Origin: a virus
Taxonomy: Duplodnaviria > Caudoviricetes
IMG/VR virus record: IMGVR_UViG_3300012953_000196
Coordinates: 1 to 25,820 of that record
Strand: one strand, 5' to 3'
DNA length: 25,820 bases
In this document: positions 25,377 through 25,820 of the stretch, piece after piece
Layout of the letters: each line of letters opens with the position of its first letter
How positions within the stretch are numbered: position 1 is the first letter of the stretch
Made by a program: the position numbers and the translations under genes
Notes under the pieces: generated by a model
Seen by the model: only the letters and a program-made list of their open reading frames with translations
Databases searched by the model: none
Told to the model about the DNA's origin: nothing

Positions 25377-25820
25377 ATGGCTCAAACTATAAAAATCAAA
25401 AGAAGTACCAGTACGGCTACTCCTTCCTCTCTGGTAGCCGGTGAATTAGCTTACTCGGATCAAAGTGACAAACTATTTATTGGACAGCCTTCGGATAATG
25501 CAGTTACCGTCATTGGCGGTAAGATATTTATGGATATGCTGGATCATGCAGCGGGTACCCTGACTGCATCTAGCGCAATAGTAGTAGATTCGAGCAGTAA
25601 GATTGATAAGCTTCTTACTGGTAATATGCGTATTAATAATACTGCTAATCAGATTGATACTACAAGCGGTAATTTAATATTAAATCCAACCGCAAATTTA
25701 GTTATAGATTCTGGAACAATAGACGTTAGTACGTCTGCAACTCAGTTTTCTATTATGGACAACTCTGCAACAGCTCTTACAATTGCAGAGGGATCAAACA
25801 CTTATATGACCTTTATCACC
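25377..25820 (+). CDS. Tail fibre protein, N-terminal part (3'-truncated; not in the ORF track)
   Basis: GGAG SD, then MAQTIKIKRSTSTATPSSLVAGELAYSDQSDKLFIG, open to the window end. IKIKRS...P..L..GELAY is an Mtd-N / fibre N-terminal type motif. Confidence 0.82.
   Translation, partial: MAQTIKIKRSTSTATPSSLVAGELAYSDQSDKLFIGQPSDNAVTVIGGKIFMDMLDHAAGTLTASSAIVVDSSSKIDKLLTGNMRINNTANQIDTTSGNLILNPTANLVIDSGTIDVSTSATQFSIMDNSATALTIAEGSNTYMTFIT

Noticed and set aside
1-25820. Alternative genetic code or strong restriction-site avoidance
   Set aside because: All three stop codons end genes normally, and GATC and GAATTC sites are present. Subtle depletion would need k-mer counting, which I could not do.
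1-25820. tRNA, rRNA, integrase, transposase or defence genes
   Set aside because: Intergenic gaps are short and accounted for by promoters, terminators and hairpins, and no such proteins were recognised.

Overview
The whole window is the virion morphogenesis (late) region of a tailed dsDNA phage with a long non-contractile tail, and every real gene is on the + strand. The head and tail-tube genes follow the T5 (Demerecviridae-like) order: terminase large subunit (5'-truncated), HNH nuclease, portal, a small protein, protease and major capsid protein, head completion, neck, tail terminator, tail tube, chaperones and tape measure. The tail tip is lambda-type (gpM-gpL-gpK-gpI-gpJ), followed by a T5 p132-like collar gene and lateral fibre genes (3'-truncated). 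Main observations: (1) the prohead protease and capsid are one reading frame with a strong internal ribosome-binding site and start, preceded by a foldable RNA stretch; (2) a -1 frameshift site (A AAT TTT) in the tail chaperone; (3) three sigma70-type promoters sharing an AAAAATAAT-NN-TTGAC signature; (4) a gpI-like protein with an extra Ig/Calx-beta-like domain between duplicated acidic motifs; (5) a 2570-aa gpJ-like fibre with recently expanded 10-residue Thr-Ile-Thr repeats and a duplicated hinge module. All family assignments come from motif recognition and gene order, not from database searches.
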